A DNA stretch of 28,140 bases, from positions 1 through 28,140 of the forward strand of contig JAWBZR010000007.1 of assembly GCA_044343545.1 (NCBI GenBank), given 5' to 3'. The notes beneath the pieces were generated by a model, which made no database searches, was not told the DNA's origin, and was given only the letters and a program-made list of their open reading frames with translations. Within the stretch, counting starts at the first letter, position 1; each line of letters begins with the position of its first letter. Below are positions 1 through 9,834 of the stretch, piece after piece. Origin of the DNA: Candidatus Aenigmatarchaeota archaeon (GTDB lineage: Archaea > Aenigmatarchaeota > Aenigmatarchaeia > CG10238-14). The position numbers were made by a program, and so were the translations under genes.

Positions 1-1690
1 TGTTAGATACCCAATCCCCACAATCTGAATAGAGGCAACCTCCACCTAAACAATAACCAGTGTTTGGACAAATTCTTGGTATGCAACCGATAGTAGAATT
101 TTCATTTGAAGGCGAGCATTGAACGTTAGCAATTCCGTCTGTCATTAAAACTATGAATCTCGACCTAGAAGAATTACTTTGGTTTAGCAGCAAATTTGTG
201 GCCATTCGAAGAGCCCCACAAATACCTGTAGCACCTGAAGGTGTGTAGCTGTTTATTTGATTGATAAGGGATGTTGAGTTATTGCTCAAATTGTGATAGG
301 AGATTATCATTTGACTATTGGCAGTAGGAATGTAATTTGGAATACCACTATAAGCAACCAATCCAACTCTATTTCCACTTACATTCAATACTATCTCTAC
401 GAATTCCTTATCCAAACATTTTGCGAGGCTTATTCTATTGGTGTCACTTTCATTTACCCTGCTACAATCCTTATTCACACCATTTGTATTGCTGTTTAAC
501 CTCCAATTCATGCTACCTGAAACATCGGTTATCAATATGACATCTGCCTTTCCACCAATTTGCTCTGTAAACATTTCAGTTCCGAACCTTATAGGCACAG
601 TTTTATTGCTGAGTTCGTAAAAAGATAGAATGTTTGACAATGTAGAGTTTGAAATTTTTTGGTTTACTTCAGTAGCGTTACTTCTCCAAACGGTTTTATT
701 TCCTACATTCAAAAATACAGTATAATTTGTTTTGTATTTCAACGATATTTCCATATCTCTCAAATTTCCAGGCACATCAAAGGAAGAATAGATGTTGATT
801 ATTCCTTTTATTCCTGGAAAATTATATGTCGATGAGTTGGTTTGGTTCGATAGTTGCGATGTGTTGAAAGTTATTTTTAAAAAACCTCCTCCAACGAATG
901 CATTTTTTTTACTGGAAAAGTTAATCTGGAATTCATTCTTACCTGGTTTGATGTTTTTGCAATAGTTGCTGTTAAATGTTTGGTTGCATATAATCCAACT
1001 GCTTGGTTCTACACTAGAGACAGAAATATTGTAAATGCCAGAAAAGTTTCCATTAATGTAAAGCGTAAAGTTATTGCCAAAAACACCTTCAATATAAGAT
1101 GAAACTATTTTCGCATCTTCGGGTAAAAACATCCATTTTGTTATGTTTCCGTCACCTTCGTAGCCTCCAAAGAATGTATATTCAGATGTTGTTTTATTTT
1201 TTATAGTTCTCAAGTAAGCTCTAGCAATATAACCAGAGGCAGGTTTACCCATCTCATAACCTGTTTCTATTCTACTTGCAACTACCACGACATTTCCGCT
1301 TTTGTTACAATTTTGATAAATTACGTCATCAGCTTCTAAGGATATGCACACATCATCAAAAACTGATAAAATTTCTTTAGATATGTTTGTAGCCAAACTT
1401 TTATTGCCGCCATACCAAAAACTCGCTATCAAATCCAAAACACTTTTATTCGCGTCATCTTCTCTTATTTCTCCCGCAAGTATAAGTTTATTAATAGTTT
1501 CGGATTGCACTTCGTAGACTTTGAGGTTAGATAAGACACTCAATATATCTCTTGCCATAAGATTCAAATATTCAAATTCCAAGTTTTCCACGGACGTTTC
1601 GTTTTGAATTTTTGTTAGAAAAATTACTATAAATATAGCTATAGTTATGCTTAAAAGCACGTCTAAGGTAAATACAAACCCCCTCTTCAT
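1..1690 (-). CDS. Class III signal peptide protein with vWA domain (pilus-associated adhesin/minor pilin-like); runs off the left edge
   Basis: Not in the ORF track; translated by hand. ATG at 1690 overlaps the upstream TGA (ATGA). N-terminus MKRG|FVFTLDVLLSITIAIFIVIFL. In-frame MIDAS motif ADVILITDVSGSM (about 510-545) and IVLMTDGIAN (about 125-155). Many N-x-S/T sequons and a Cys-rich stretch near the edge. Confidence 0.85.
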   Translation of the reverse strand, partial: MKRGFVFTLDVLLSITIAIFIVIFLTKIQNETSVENLEFEYLNLMARDILSVLSNLKVYEVQSETINKLILAGEIREDDANKSVLDLIASFWYGGNKSLATNISKEILSVFDDVCISLEADDVIYQNCNKSGNVVVVASRIETGYEMGKPASGYIARAYLRTIKNKTTSEYTFFGGYEGDGNITKWMFLPEDAKIVSSYIEGVFGNNFTLYINGNFSGIYNISVSSVEPSSWIICNQTFNSNYCKNIKPGKNEFQINFSSKKNAFVGGGFLKITFNTSQLSNQTNSSTYNFPGIKGIINIYSSFDVPGNLRDMEISLKYKTNYTVFLNVGNKTVWRSNATEVNQKISNSTLSNILSFYELSNKTVPIRFGTEMFTEQIGGKADVILITDVSGSMNWRLNSNTNGVNKDCSRVNESDTNRISLAKCLDKEFVEIVLNVSGNRVGLVAYSGIPNYIPTANSQMIISYHNLSNNSTSLINQINSYTPSGATGICGALRMATNLLLNQSNSSRSRFIVLMTDGIANVQCSPSNENSTIGCIPRICPNTGYCLGGGCLYSDCGDWVSN

Positions 1691-2157
1691 TTAGACCACA
1701 ATATAGTTTCTATGAAAACAATACCCCCTTCCATTATGCTCACTCTCTTTACTTTTACCATCATTTTCGATTTTTCTAGTTTACCAAATTCAAATTTAGT
1801 TCTATTTTCGACATCGTAAATTCTCAAAAAGAATTCATATTCATTTAATCCCAACATGCTTTTCACTTTAGAATAACTTAAATTCTTCAAATAATTCATT
1901 TTTGTTTCATTTAATCTACCATCATCATGCAGTCCCAAATCTATTACATTTTCATCATTCCAATATTTTGGAATACCTTCCCTCATCCAAACATTAGAAA
2001 CTATGCGTGCGTGATCAGTAATCTTATTCAAACTTTTTTCTTCCTCCAAATCACTCATTTTTATCATCCATAGGTAATATGTTATGGAAATAGCGAGGAT
2101 GAATATAAAAGAAGCAAAGATAAAGTCAGACGAAAAAATTTGTGCTTTAGTTGACAT
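1687..2157 (-). CDS. Pilin-like protein with class III signal peptide
   Basis: MSTKAQ|IFSSDFIFASFIFILAI: basic-A-Q motif followed by a hydrophobic helix; overlaps both neighbours. Confidence 0.8.
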   Translation of the reverse strand: MSTKAQIFSSDFIFASFIFILAISITYYLWMIKMSDLEEEKSLNKITDHARIVSNVWMREGIPKYWNDENVIDLGLHDDGRLNETKMNYLKNLSYSKVKSMLGLNEYEFFLRIYDVENRTKFEFGKLEKSKMMVKVKRVSIMEGGIVFIETILWSK

Positions 2158-2536
2158 ATATTACACCATCAACATTTCTTATAATATTCCATTCCTTCGT
2201 AAAATTTCCATTTATATTGTTAGTTGCGGCAAAAGCATAGTAATGCTTGTTATTAGCTTCTACTTCGATAATATTTCCGTGAATTGTTATGTTAAATTCC
2301 CTTATCGTTGGTGAATATTCCTTCATGTTAAATCTTCTTTCATATCCATCACCGCCTCTTACTGCCGAGTTCAATTCAAATACAGCAGCAGACGCGATTT
2401 CTTCCAATTCACTTTCCACCTTTCTACTTATTAATTGATAGTTTGTAGAAAAAGATGAGTAAAGAAAAACGTCAAGCAATATTATTATTATGGATAAATA
2501 AATCAAAAATTCTATACCAGCTTGACTTTTCATCAT
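2147..2536 (-). CDS. Pilin-like protein with class III signal peptide
   Basis: MMKSQAGIEFLIYLSIIIILL: K-S-Q-x-x-x-E pattern plus hydrophobic segment. Confidence 0.85.
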   Translation of the reverse strand: MMKSQAGIEFLIYLSIIIILLDVFLYSSFSTNYQLISRKVESELEEIASAAVFELNSAVRGGDGYERRFNMKEYSPTIREFNITIHGNIIEVEANNKHYYAFAATNNINGNFTKEWNIIRNVDGVIYVN

Positions 2537-2940
2537 ATCACTGTTAATCTTACGCCATCATTTTCTGCGATGATCTCAACTTTATAATATCCCTCAAAAA
2601 GAGGCAAGCTTCCATTTATGTTACACGTAGAACTTTCGCTTATATCTACAACACCACTTTTTGTTTTTATTTTAAATACTATTGTTTTGTTTAAAAAAAC
2701 TATTTTTTCCAGGTTGTTTGGTATATATATCATTGTGTTGACTCTTGCAGGCTCGCCTTGCGTACACACCCAATCAGATAATTTTACCATCTTGCTTACA
2801 GAATTTTTTGCCAGGTTAATGTTGCTTTCATCTCTGTATGAGACGTATAGATCGTTAATATAAGTAATTAATGGAATTAGTATCGTCAAACTCAAAACTG
2901 CAATGGTAAGATATTCCGTTGCAACCTGACTTTTTCTCAT
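2533..2940 (-). CDS. Pilin-like protein with class III signal peptide
   Basis: Start moved to ATG 2940, giving MRKSQVATEYLTIAVLSLTILIPL (RKSQ-x-x-x-EY pattern). Confidence 0.85.
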   Translation of the reverse strand: MRKSQVATEYLTIAVLSLTILIPLITYINDLYVSYRDESNINLAKNSVSKMVKLSDWVCTQGEPARVNTMIYIPNNLEKIVFLNKTIVFKIKTKSGVVDISESSTCNINGSLPLFEGYYKVEIIAENDGVRLTVI

Positions 2941-3003
2941 ATAATAATTATTTGGCAATACTATTATTAAATAGAAAACCAAACAATAATTATTGGGGTT
3001 TTT

Positions 3004-3777
3004 ATGAAAAAAAACATAGCTAAGAAGTTAATTAGAAAAATGAAAAAAAGAGAAAGGGAAATTAAACAGCATAAGAAAAGAGAAGAGATTCATAGGATTA
3101 TAAGAGAGGATATAAAGGAAGGTTATGTAGCTATAGAAACGCCTGTAAAAAATATTATGAGCACTAATTTGAAAGTGGTTGAAGTGGGTCAAAATCTAAG
3201 AGAAGTTATAGAACTCCTAGGAGATTTTGAAATAACAGGAGTTCCAGTAAAAAAAGGAAACAAGGTCGTCGGCGTCGTAAGCGATACGGACATAATGAGA
3301 GTGATGAGGGAGAGAAATCTCATCGATACAAAAAAAGATTTTATAAATTTAGAGGGACTGGAAAGGATAAAGGTAGAAGAAATAATGAGTTCACCGCCAA
3401 TCACAATCAACCAAAATGAAAAAATAACAGACGCGAGTGACTTGATGATAAAGCATAAAATTGATAGACTTATAGTGGTTGATGATAACAACAAAACCGT
3501 CGGAATAATCACAAGAGAAGATGTCGTTAAAGGATTGACAGCAGAATTTTTTTTAAAAGCTATAAAGAAAGACGAAAAAAATACTATATCAAGCACGGCA
3601 GATTTGTTATTATCTATCTTGAGAAAAAAAGAATCTATAAGCATAAAATCTTTGGCCAAAGAAATGAAAGTGAATGAGAAAGAATTGGAAGAATTAATAA
3701 GAATTCTTGAAAATAGAGGTATAGTTGAAGTATACTATCCTTTGATAGGTGGGCCAAAAATTAAGGTGAAAAAATGA
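3004..3777 (+). CDS. CBS domain pair protein with C-terminal winged-helix-like domain
   Basis: Two CBS repeats (VKNIMS...GVPV...VVGVVSDTDI; VEEIMS...LIVVD...VGIITREDV). C-terminal ISIKSLAKEMKVNEKELEELIRILENRGIVEV is wHTH-like. Confidence 0.85.
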   Translation: MKKNIAKKLIRKMKKREREIKQHKKREEIHRIIREDIKEGYVAIETPVKNIMSTNLKVVEVGQNLREVIELLGDFEITGVPVKKGNKVVGVVSDTDIMRVMRERNLIDTKKDFINLEGLERIKVEEIMSSPPITINQNEKITDASDLMIKHKIDRLIVVDDNNKTVGIITREDVVKGLTAEFFLKAIKKDEKNTISSTADLLLSILRKKESISIKSLAKEMKVNEKELEELIRILENRGIVEVYYPLIGGPKIKVKK

Positions 3778-5282
3778 CTCAGTTGCTGGAAAGTTATACT
3801 GTTATGGCAAATAAAGTTTTGGCTACTGTAGAAATAATGAAAAAACCAGAAGAATTTGTTCCCGTGTACAATTTAATAAAACCAACTATAGAAAAAGGAA
3901 CCCAAATAATCATAGATGAAGTTAAAGAAAGATTGATAGGTGAGTTGCAAATAAAAGTTTCAGAATTAATAGACCCATCTTCTATCGAGGAACTTAAAAA
4001 TAAGTTTTATGCAAGATCTTTGCAATTAATAAGTAACCTTCTACCAAACATTAACTTGGAAAAAAAGGAACTATTATCCGGTATTTTGATTAATGAAATG
4101 TTGGGTTTGGGAGATATAGAAATTCTACTCGCAGATCCTAACTTGGAAGAAATAGTAATCAATAACTCTAAGGAGCCTGTGTGGGTTTATCATCGAAAAT
4201 ATGGTTGGTTGAAAACCAATTTATATGTTAGAGATGAGCAGCAAATACAAAACTATGCTTCAACAATAGGTAGAAAGGTCGGAAGGCAAATAAGTATTTT
4301 GAATCCCCTACTCGATGCTCACTTAACTTCAGGTGATAGGGTAAATGCAACTCTTTTCCCCATTTCAACTTTTGGAAACACGATCACCATAAGAATGTTT
4401 AGAAGAAACCCATGGACCATTACAGATTTAATAAGCAATAAAACTTGCGACGTTCACATAACATCTCTCTTGTGGCTATCCATAGAATATGAAATGAATA
4501 TTATAATTTCAGGCGGAACAGGTTCAGGTAAAACCAGCTTTTTAAACGCTTTGATGTTTTTCATTCCTCCAAATCAAAGAATAATAAGCATAGAGGATAC
4601 GAGAGAATTGAGGCTGCCAGACTTTTTGCATTGGGTTCCATTGACAACAAGAGAACCAAACCCCGAAGGTAAGGGAGAAGTAGACATGTTAGCACTCCTT
4701 GTTAACAGCTTGAGAATGAGGCCAGATAGGATAGTAGTAGGCGAGATAAGAAAAGAAAGACAAGCAGAAGTTTTATTTGAAGCCATGCATACTGGTCATA
4801 GCGTATACTCTACTGTTCATGCAGACACTGCAGAGCAAACATATAAGAGGTTAACAAATCCACCTATAAACATACCCGAGTCCCTTTTGGATGCCATAGA
4901 TTTGAATATAGTGATGTTTAGAGATAGAAAAAGAGGTAGGCGAAGAGTGTATCAGATAGCAGAATTTATTCCTGAAAGTAAAGAGAAAGTGAAAATATTG
5001 TTTTTTTGGAATGCTGCGAAGGATGTTTTTGAGCAAAAGGAAAAGAAATTTAATTTTTTGGAGAAGATCAAGATGCATACGGGCATGAGCGATAAGGAAA
5101 TAATAACAACTTTAAAGGAAAGAGAAAGAGTGTTGAATTGGATGATAAAGCATAATGTAAACACAGTAAATGGTGTTGGTAAAATAATAGCCGAATATTA
5201 TATGGATTCAAAAAATGTGATGAAGATAGTGGAGAAAAATGATAAACCAGAAAAGATAGTTCCCAAAGAATGGTTGAAATGA
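3774..5282 (+). CDS. Type IV pilus / type II-IV secretion ATPase (VirB11/CpaF/FlaI family)
   Basis: Walker A GGTGSGKT, IEDTREL Asp box, LRMRPDRIVVGEIR Walker B region, MHTGH-S-Y-STVHA His box. Confidence 0.95.
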   Translation: MTQLLESYTVMANKVLATVEIMKKPEEFVPVYNLIKPTIEKGTQIIIDEVKERLIGELQIKVSELIDPSSIEELKNKFYARSLQLISNLLPNINLEKKELLSGILINEMLGLGDIEILLADPNLEEIVINNSKEPVWVYHRKYGWLKTNLYVRDEQQIQNYASTIGRKVGRQISILNPLLDAHLTSGDRVNATLFPISTFGNTITIRMFRRNPWTITDLISNKTCDVHITSLLWLSIEYEMNIIISGGTGSGKTSFLNALMFFIPPNQRIISIEDTRELRLPDFLHWVPLTTREPNPEGKGEVDMLALLVNSLRMRPDRIVVGEIRKERQAEVLFEAMHTGHSVYSTVHADTAEQTYKRLTNPPINIPESLLDAIDLNIVMFRDRKRGRRRVYQIAEFIPESKEKVKILFFWNAAKDVFEQKEKKFNFLEKIKMHTGMSDKEIITTLKERERVLNWMIKHNVNTVNGVGKIIAEYYMDSKNVMKIVEKNDKPEKIVPKEWLK

Positions 5283-6160
5283 ATACAATACCTTTTTTGC
5301 CAATGTCTCTTCAACAAGCGAAAAGATTAGCCAAACCTTTTTATACTGTAGGTAGAAGGTTTTCTAAACTGTTTCCAACTTTGGGTGTACAATTAGATAG
5401 ATGCGAATTGGGTATAGATGCAAGCGAATATCTTTCCATATCAATTTTTGCTTTCATTTTTTGGTTCCTTATAACATTTTCTCTAATATTCATAGTAGAA
5501 AATTATTATTCTTTAAAACTTTCTCCCTATTTTCATTTTTTATTTTCATTCATAGTAGCCTTTTCAGTGCTGATAAACATTATAATCTATCCAAATGTGT
5601 TGATTGCTAGAAGAGTGAGAGAAATTGAAAGAAATTTACTGTTTGCCTTACGTCATTTGCAAATACAAGTCAAGTCGGGTGTTACTCTTTTTGACAGTTT
5701 GGTTTCTGTTGCAAATGCAGATTATGGGTTGGTTTCTGAAGAATTTAAAAAGGCAATAAAAAAGATATCAACAGGTATGCCAGAAATAGAAACTTTAGAG
5801 GAATTGGCAGTAAAAAACCCATCACTCTATTTTAGAAGAGCTATATGGCAAATCACAAATTCTATTCGTTCCGGCTCAGACTTGGGAGAAACTTTATCCG
5901 TTTTGGTTTCAAGCTTATCAAACGAAGAAAGGATAGCAATCAGAAAATATGGCTCTCAATTAAATCCCTTGGCAATGATGTATTTGATGACTGCGGTAAT
6001 CATTCCAAATTTAGGCATAACATTTCTTTTGATTTTATCTTCTTTTACTGGTTTTGGAATCACAGAGCAAGTTTTTTGGCTGATTTTATTTTTGATAGCA
6101 GTATTTCAATTCTTTTTCATAGGACTTGTTAAAAATAGAAGGCCGGCGATGGAAATATGA
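5270..6160 (+). CDS. Type II secretion system F / TadC-like membrane platform protein
   Basis: Multiple TM segments; LLFALRHLQIQVKSG...YGLVSEEF...G..L.E pattern; directly follows the ATPase. Confidence 0.9.
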   Translation: MVEMNTIPFLPMSLQQAKRLAKPFYTVGRRFSKLFPTLGVQLDRCELGIDASEYLSISIFAFIFWFLITFSLIFIVENYYSLKLSPYFHFLFSFIVAFSVLINIIIYPNVLIARRVREIERNLLFALRHLQIQVKSGVTLFDSLVSVANADYGLVSEEFKKAIKKISTGMPEIETLEELAVKNPSLYFRRAIWQITNSIRSGSDLGETLSVLVSSLSNEERIAIRKYGSQLNPLAMMYLMTAVIIPNLGITFLLILSSFTGFGITEQVFWLILFLIAVFQFFFIGLVKNRRPAMEI

Positions 6161-7125
6161 TAGAGATTTACAAGTATTTGTATAAAATATCCCCACCTTT
6201 TTACAGGAATTGGGTAAAAAAATATTTGAAATATTGTAATTTTGCAATTCCAGAAGAAAAATTTATAGGCTTTGCCATACTATACGGCTTGGCACTTTTT
6301 TTATGTTTCTATTTTCTATTTTCTCTCTTGGGCAAGCCTCCATTTTATGCATTTATTCTTCTATTAATTTTTGAGGCAGTTATGCATGCTTCGCTAGTTT
6401 TAGTAGCAGATAGTAGAGCAAATTTTGCTGATGAAATACTGCCAGATGTTTTGAGCTTGTTTTCTTCTAACTTGAGGTCAGGTTTAACGCCTGACAAAGC
6501 TTTGATGTTAGCAGCAAGACCTGAATTTGGTCCATTGGAAGAAGAAATAAGAAGGGCAGCAAAAAAGACGCTTTCCGGTGAATCGATAGAAGAAGCCATA
6601 AAAATCATACCAGAAAGAATTAATTCGAAAACGTTGGAAAGAACGATAAAACTTCTTTCAGAAGGTATGGCCAAGGGAGGTAATTTGCAAAATTTATTAG
6701 ATGGTTTGGCTAATGACATAAGAGAGTCAAAATTAATAAAAAAAGAAATTTCTGCTCAAGTGATGATCTACGCTATATTTATATTCTTCGCCGTTGCCAT
6801 AGGCGCGCCTATACTGTTTGCCACTTCTAATCATTTAATAGAAACTATGAGTGCTATAAGCAGTAACATAAACATTAATGTGGTAAGCTCAGAGCAGCTT
6901 CCCATGAAAATCCAAAAAATAAACATAAGCAAGAGTTTCCTTTTAGAATATTCTTTGGCTTCTTTGACAATTACATCTATTTTCGGTGGTTTGCTGATAG
7001 GGTTGATAAGGGAAGGTAAAGAAAAGGCAGGTTTAAAATACATACCTTTAATCTTAGTTTTGAGTATTTTCCTTTTCTTTTTATCGAAAGCCTTTTTAGC
7101 TAAGATATTCGTCATAGCAGCATAA
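6157..7125 (+). CDS. Type II secretion system F / TadC-like membrane platform protein
   Basis: LPDVLSLFSSNLRSGLTPDKALMLAARPEFGPL motif; several TM helices. Confidence 0.9.
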   Translation: MIEIYKYLYKISPPFYRNWVKKYLKYCNFAIPEEKFIGFAILYGLALFLCFYFLFSLLGKPPFYAFILLLIFEAVMHASLVLVADSRANFADEILPDVLSLFSSNLRSGLTPDKALMLAARPEFGPLEEEIRRAAKKTLSGESIEEAIKIIPERINSKTLERTIKLLSEGMAKGGNLQNLLDGLANDIRESKLIKKEISAQVMIYAIFIFFAVAIGAPILFATSNHLIETMSAISSNININVVSSEQLPMKIQKINISKSFLLEYSLASLTITSIFGGLLIGLIREGKEKAGLKYIPLILVLSIFLFFLSKAFLAKIFVIAA

Positions 7126-7161
7126 ACAATTTTTATATTAACAAAAGTATAATTTTTATCT

Positions 7162-9834
7162 GTGAAATCGGATAGGGAGGTTAATATAGAAAGCGAGTTA
7201 AGAAAGACTCAGAGGCAGGTTAACCTTCTTCAAAAGCAAGATATAAAGATGAGTAAGTATTTGAAAAAAAGTGAAAAATCTTTGTTGGCTTTGAAAAATG
7301 AAATAAAAGAGATTGATGATTGTTTGTCAAGTTTAAAGGGTGAAATAAAAGATTTGAAAAAATATTTTGATGAACAAAGTAGAAGAAATTATGATGCAAT
7401 AAAAAAGGACGTAAGTGAATATTTGGATAGGCGTGAAGAATTAATTGAGGAAAAAATAGAAGTCATACAAAGTCAAATGGAAGATTTCAATAAAAAAATA
7501 ATAAACCTTGCTGAATTGATAAATGAGCATGTAGCGGATTTTGATAGAAAGATCGATGAAAGTTTTAAAGAATTTAATGAACAAAAATTAGATAAAATTT
7601 CTTTTGAAAATACTATTTCTTCTATTAATTCTGAGTTGACAAACATAATCGAAATGTTTAACGGGGTGAGAAAAGAAATAACATCGCTCTTCGAAGTTTT
7701 CAACAATAAAATAGATTTGGTGAGTGATAGTTTAGGTAAAAAGATTCAAAAAGAAGTTGATGTTTTAGACGAAAGATTTAGTGCAGGTTTACTAAACGTT
7801 GAAGAAAAAATGAGTAAAGTTGCTGTGGATGTTGAAAGCAAGATGAAAAATATCGAAGTTTCTTTAGAAAAGAAATTGGAGAATATTAGTAATGAGTTAA
7901 ATGAAAAATTGGAAAAAGATATAGAAAACTTGAAACAACTAGTAAACGTTATAAAAGAAGCTTTGCAATCAAAGGATGAAGATATTTTGAATAAATTTTC
8001 TTTTCTTGAGAAAAACTGCTATGATGTTTTAAATAATTTAAAGTTGGATGTAAATCAAACATTTTTGAACTATAAAAAAGAAATAGATGAAAAGTTGGAT
8101 GGATTTAAAAATTACTTGAATGAAAAAATAGTTTCTTTTCAAAATAACATAGATAAGTTTGAAGGTGATTATAACGAGTTAGTTAATCTCAATAAGATGC
8201 TTACAACTCTTGTCAATAGTTTTGATAAGAGACTGGTAGATTTATCTGAAAAAATGGATGCTAAAATTATGGAGATCAGAGAAAGTTTTGAAGAAAAATT
8301 GAAAAATGTTTCAGATTATGTATTAAGGCTCGTGGATGATATGGATGGTTATTTGAATGAAAAGTTGAAAGGAATAGATATGAAAATGAATTCTCTGGAA
8401 AGTGAAAGAACCGAGTTTGATAAGTTTAAAGATAATGTTAGATGGATTGAAGCAGAAATGAATAAAATGGTGGATGAGTATAAAAAGGTTCAAAAAAATT
8501 TAAACATGTTTGAAGAAAAAATTTCAGATTTAAAAAAGAGGTTAGATGAATTAAATGTTAAAAGTTTAGATTTAAATCAACAGTTGAGAACAGAGTTGGA
8601 AGATTCGATAAAAAGTATGAAAGTTTATTTAGAAGAAAAATCACTTGAAGATGCGAAAAAATTGGAAAGTAAGTTCAATGAACATTTGAGTTTAAATTTG
8701 GAAAGGTTGAATAGCTTTGAAAAGGAATTTAATAAAAATTTAGAAAGGACTGAGGAAATTTCGAGTTATATTAGAGTGTTAGATAAAAATCTAATTGAAG
8801 TTAAAAGTAAATTTGAAAATACGATGGCGAAGTTAAATGAATTAAGCGAAAAATTAAATGAAGATGTATCAAAACTTGAAAGTAAAATTGAATCATTAAA
8901 CTCATTGAATGAAAAAAGATATAATGATATAAAAAATGTTGTTGATGAAAAAATTAGTTTTGAAGAATTTCCTATCGAGGAAATAAAAATTTTAATTTCT
9001 CAAAACAAAAATATTTCAGAAAAGATCGAAGATTTGAAATCGAAAACATCGAAATTAATGGAAGATTATAATTTTTTGAAAAATGAACTTTTGAAATATT
9101 CAAATATCATTCCATCGATAAAAGAGGAAATGTCGAATGACTTTTCAAACAAATTTGCATCTTTGAACAAAAATATAGAGGATATTAATAGGAAAATTAA
9201 TGATTTGAAAGAGAAGGTAAGTTATTTGGAAAAAATAGAAGAAGAGGTAAGAAACCTTTCATCAATTAAACACGAATTTTCAGATAAAATAGAAACTTTA
9301 ACGAAAGCTTTGCTATTAAAGGAGTCAGAAATATACAAGAAGATAAGGGAGCTATCATCGCAACAGCCAACAACATTTACAAGGTTTCAATTAAGCAGGT
9401 TGAACGAATCAATTAACGAAGTAAAAAGTGATTTTTATGGTAAAATAAATGATTTAAGTGAAAAAATTGATGCTTGTTTTGATCTCGTCGAAAATTTAAA
9501 AAGCAAATTAGAAGATACTTTAGTTTCACGCAAGACCTTGAATAAAGAAAGTAATTTTATGGAGAAAAGCTATTATTATGATTTGAAAATAAAGAATTTG
9601 GAGTATTTAGTTGAGGTCTTGTTGAAAAAAGTTAACCAACTTGAGGATGATTTGCCAAAGAATAATGTGTTAGATAAATTGAGAGAGATTGATTCTTTAA
9701 AGAACATGTTAAATAATTATGTCGAAGAAACGAAAAAAGAATTAAATGTTATTAAGAGTCAAATTGGAAATAAAAGAGACTATTATAATGAGAATGAAAT
9801 AATTAATATTTTGGAGAGGTTGAAAAATGAATAG
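7162..9834 (+). CDS. Large coiled-coil protein (890 aa), function unknown
   Basis: E/K/L/N-rich heptad-like sequence throughout. No Walker motifs, TM segment or signal peptide seen. GTG start uncertain. Confidence 0.8.
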   Translation: MKSDREVNIESELRKTQRQVNLLQKQDIKMSKYLKKSEKSLLALKNEIKEIDDCLSSLKGEIKDLKKYFDEQSRRNYDAIKKDVSEYLDRREELIEEKIEVIQSQMEDFNKKIINLAELINEHVADFDRKIDESFKEFNEQKLDKISFENTISSINSELTNIIEMFNGVRKEITSLFEVFNNKIDLVSDSLGKKIQKEVDVLDERFSAGLLNVEEKMSKVAVDVESKMKNIEVSLEKKLENISNELNEKLEKDIENLKQLVNVIKEALQSKDEDILNKFSFLEKNCYDVLNNLKLDVNQTFLNYKKEIDEKLDGFKNYLNEKIVSFQNNIDKFEGDYNELVNLNKMLTTLVNSFDKRLVDLSEKMDAKIMEIRESFEEKLKNVSDYVLRLVDDMDGYLNEKLKGIDMKMNSLESERTEFDKFKDNVRWIEAEMNKMVDEYKKVQKNLNMFEEKISDLKKRLDELNVKSLDLNQQLRTELEDSIKSMKVYLEEKSLEDAKKLESKFNEHLSLNLERLNSFEKEFNKNLERTEEISSYIRVLDKNLIEVKSKFENTMAKLNELSEKLNEDVSKLESKIESLNSLNEKRYNDIKNVVDEKISFEEFPIEEIKILISQNKNISEKIEDLKSKTSKLMEDYNFLKNELLKYSNIIPSIKEEMSNDFSNKFASLNKNIEDINRKINDLKEKVSYLEKIEEEVRNLSSIKHEFSDKIETLTKALLLKESEIYKKIRELSSQQPTTFTRFQLSRLNESINEVKSDFYGKINDLSEKIDACFDLVENLKSKLEDTLVSRKTLNKESNFMEKSYYYDLKIKNLEYLVEVLLKKVNQLEDDLPKNNVLDKLREIDSLKNMLNNYVEETKKELNVIKSQIGNKRDYYNENEIINILERLKNE

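Noticed and set aside
293..620. Short plus-strand ORFs here and similar short antisense ORFs throughout the track
   Set aside because: They overlap well-supported genes on the opposite strand or in another frame and show no recognisable motifs.
3774..7125. Archaellum (arl/fla) operon
   Set aside because: There are two separate TadC-like genes and no arlH/F/G or archaellin-type sequences, which fits an adhesive type IV pilus better.
7162..9834. SMC/Rad50 assignment for the long coiled-coil protein
   Set aside because: No Walker A/B, ABC signature or CxxC hook visible.
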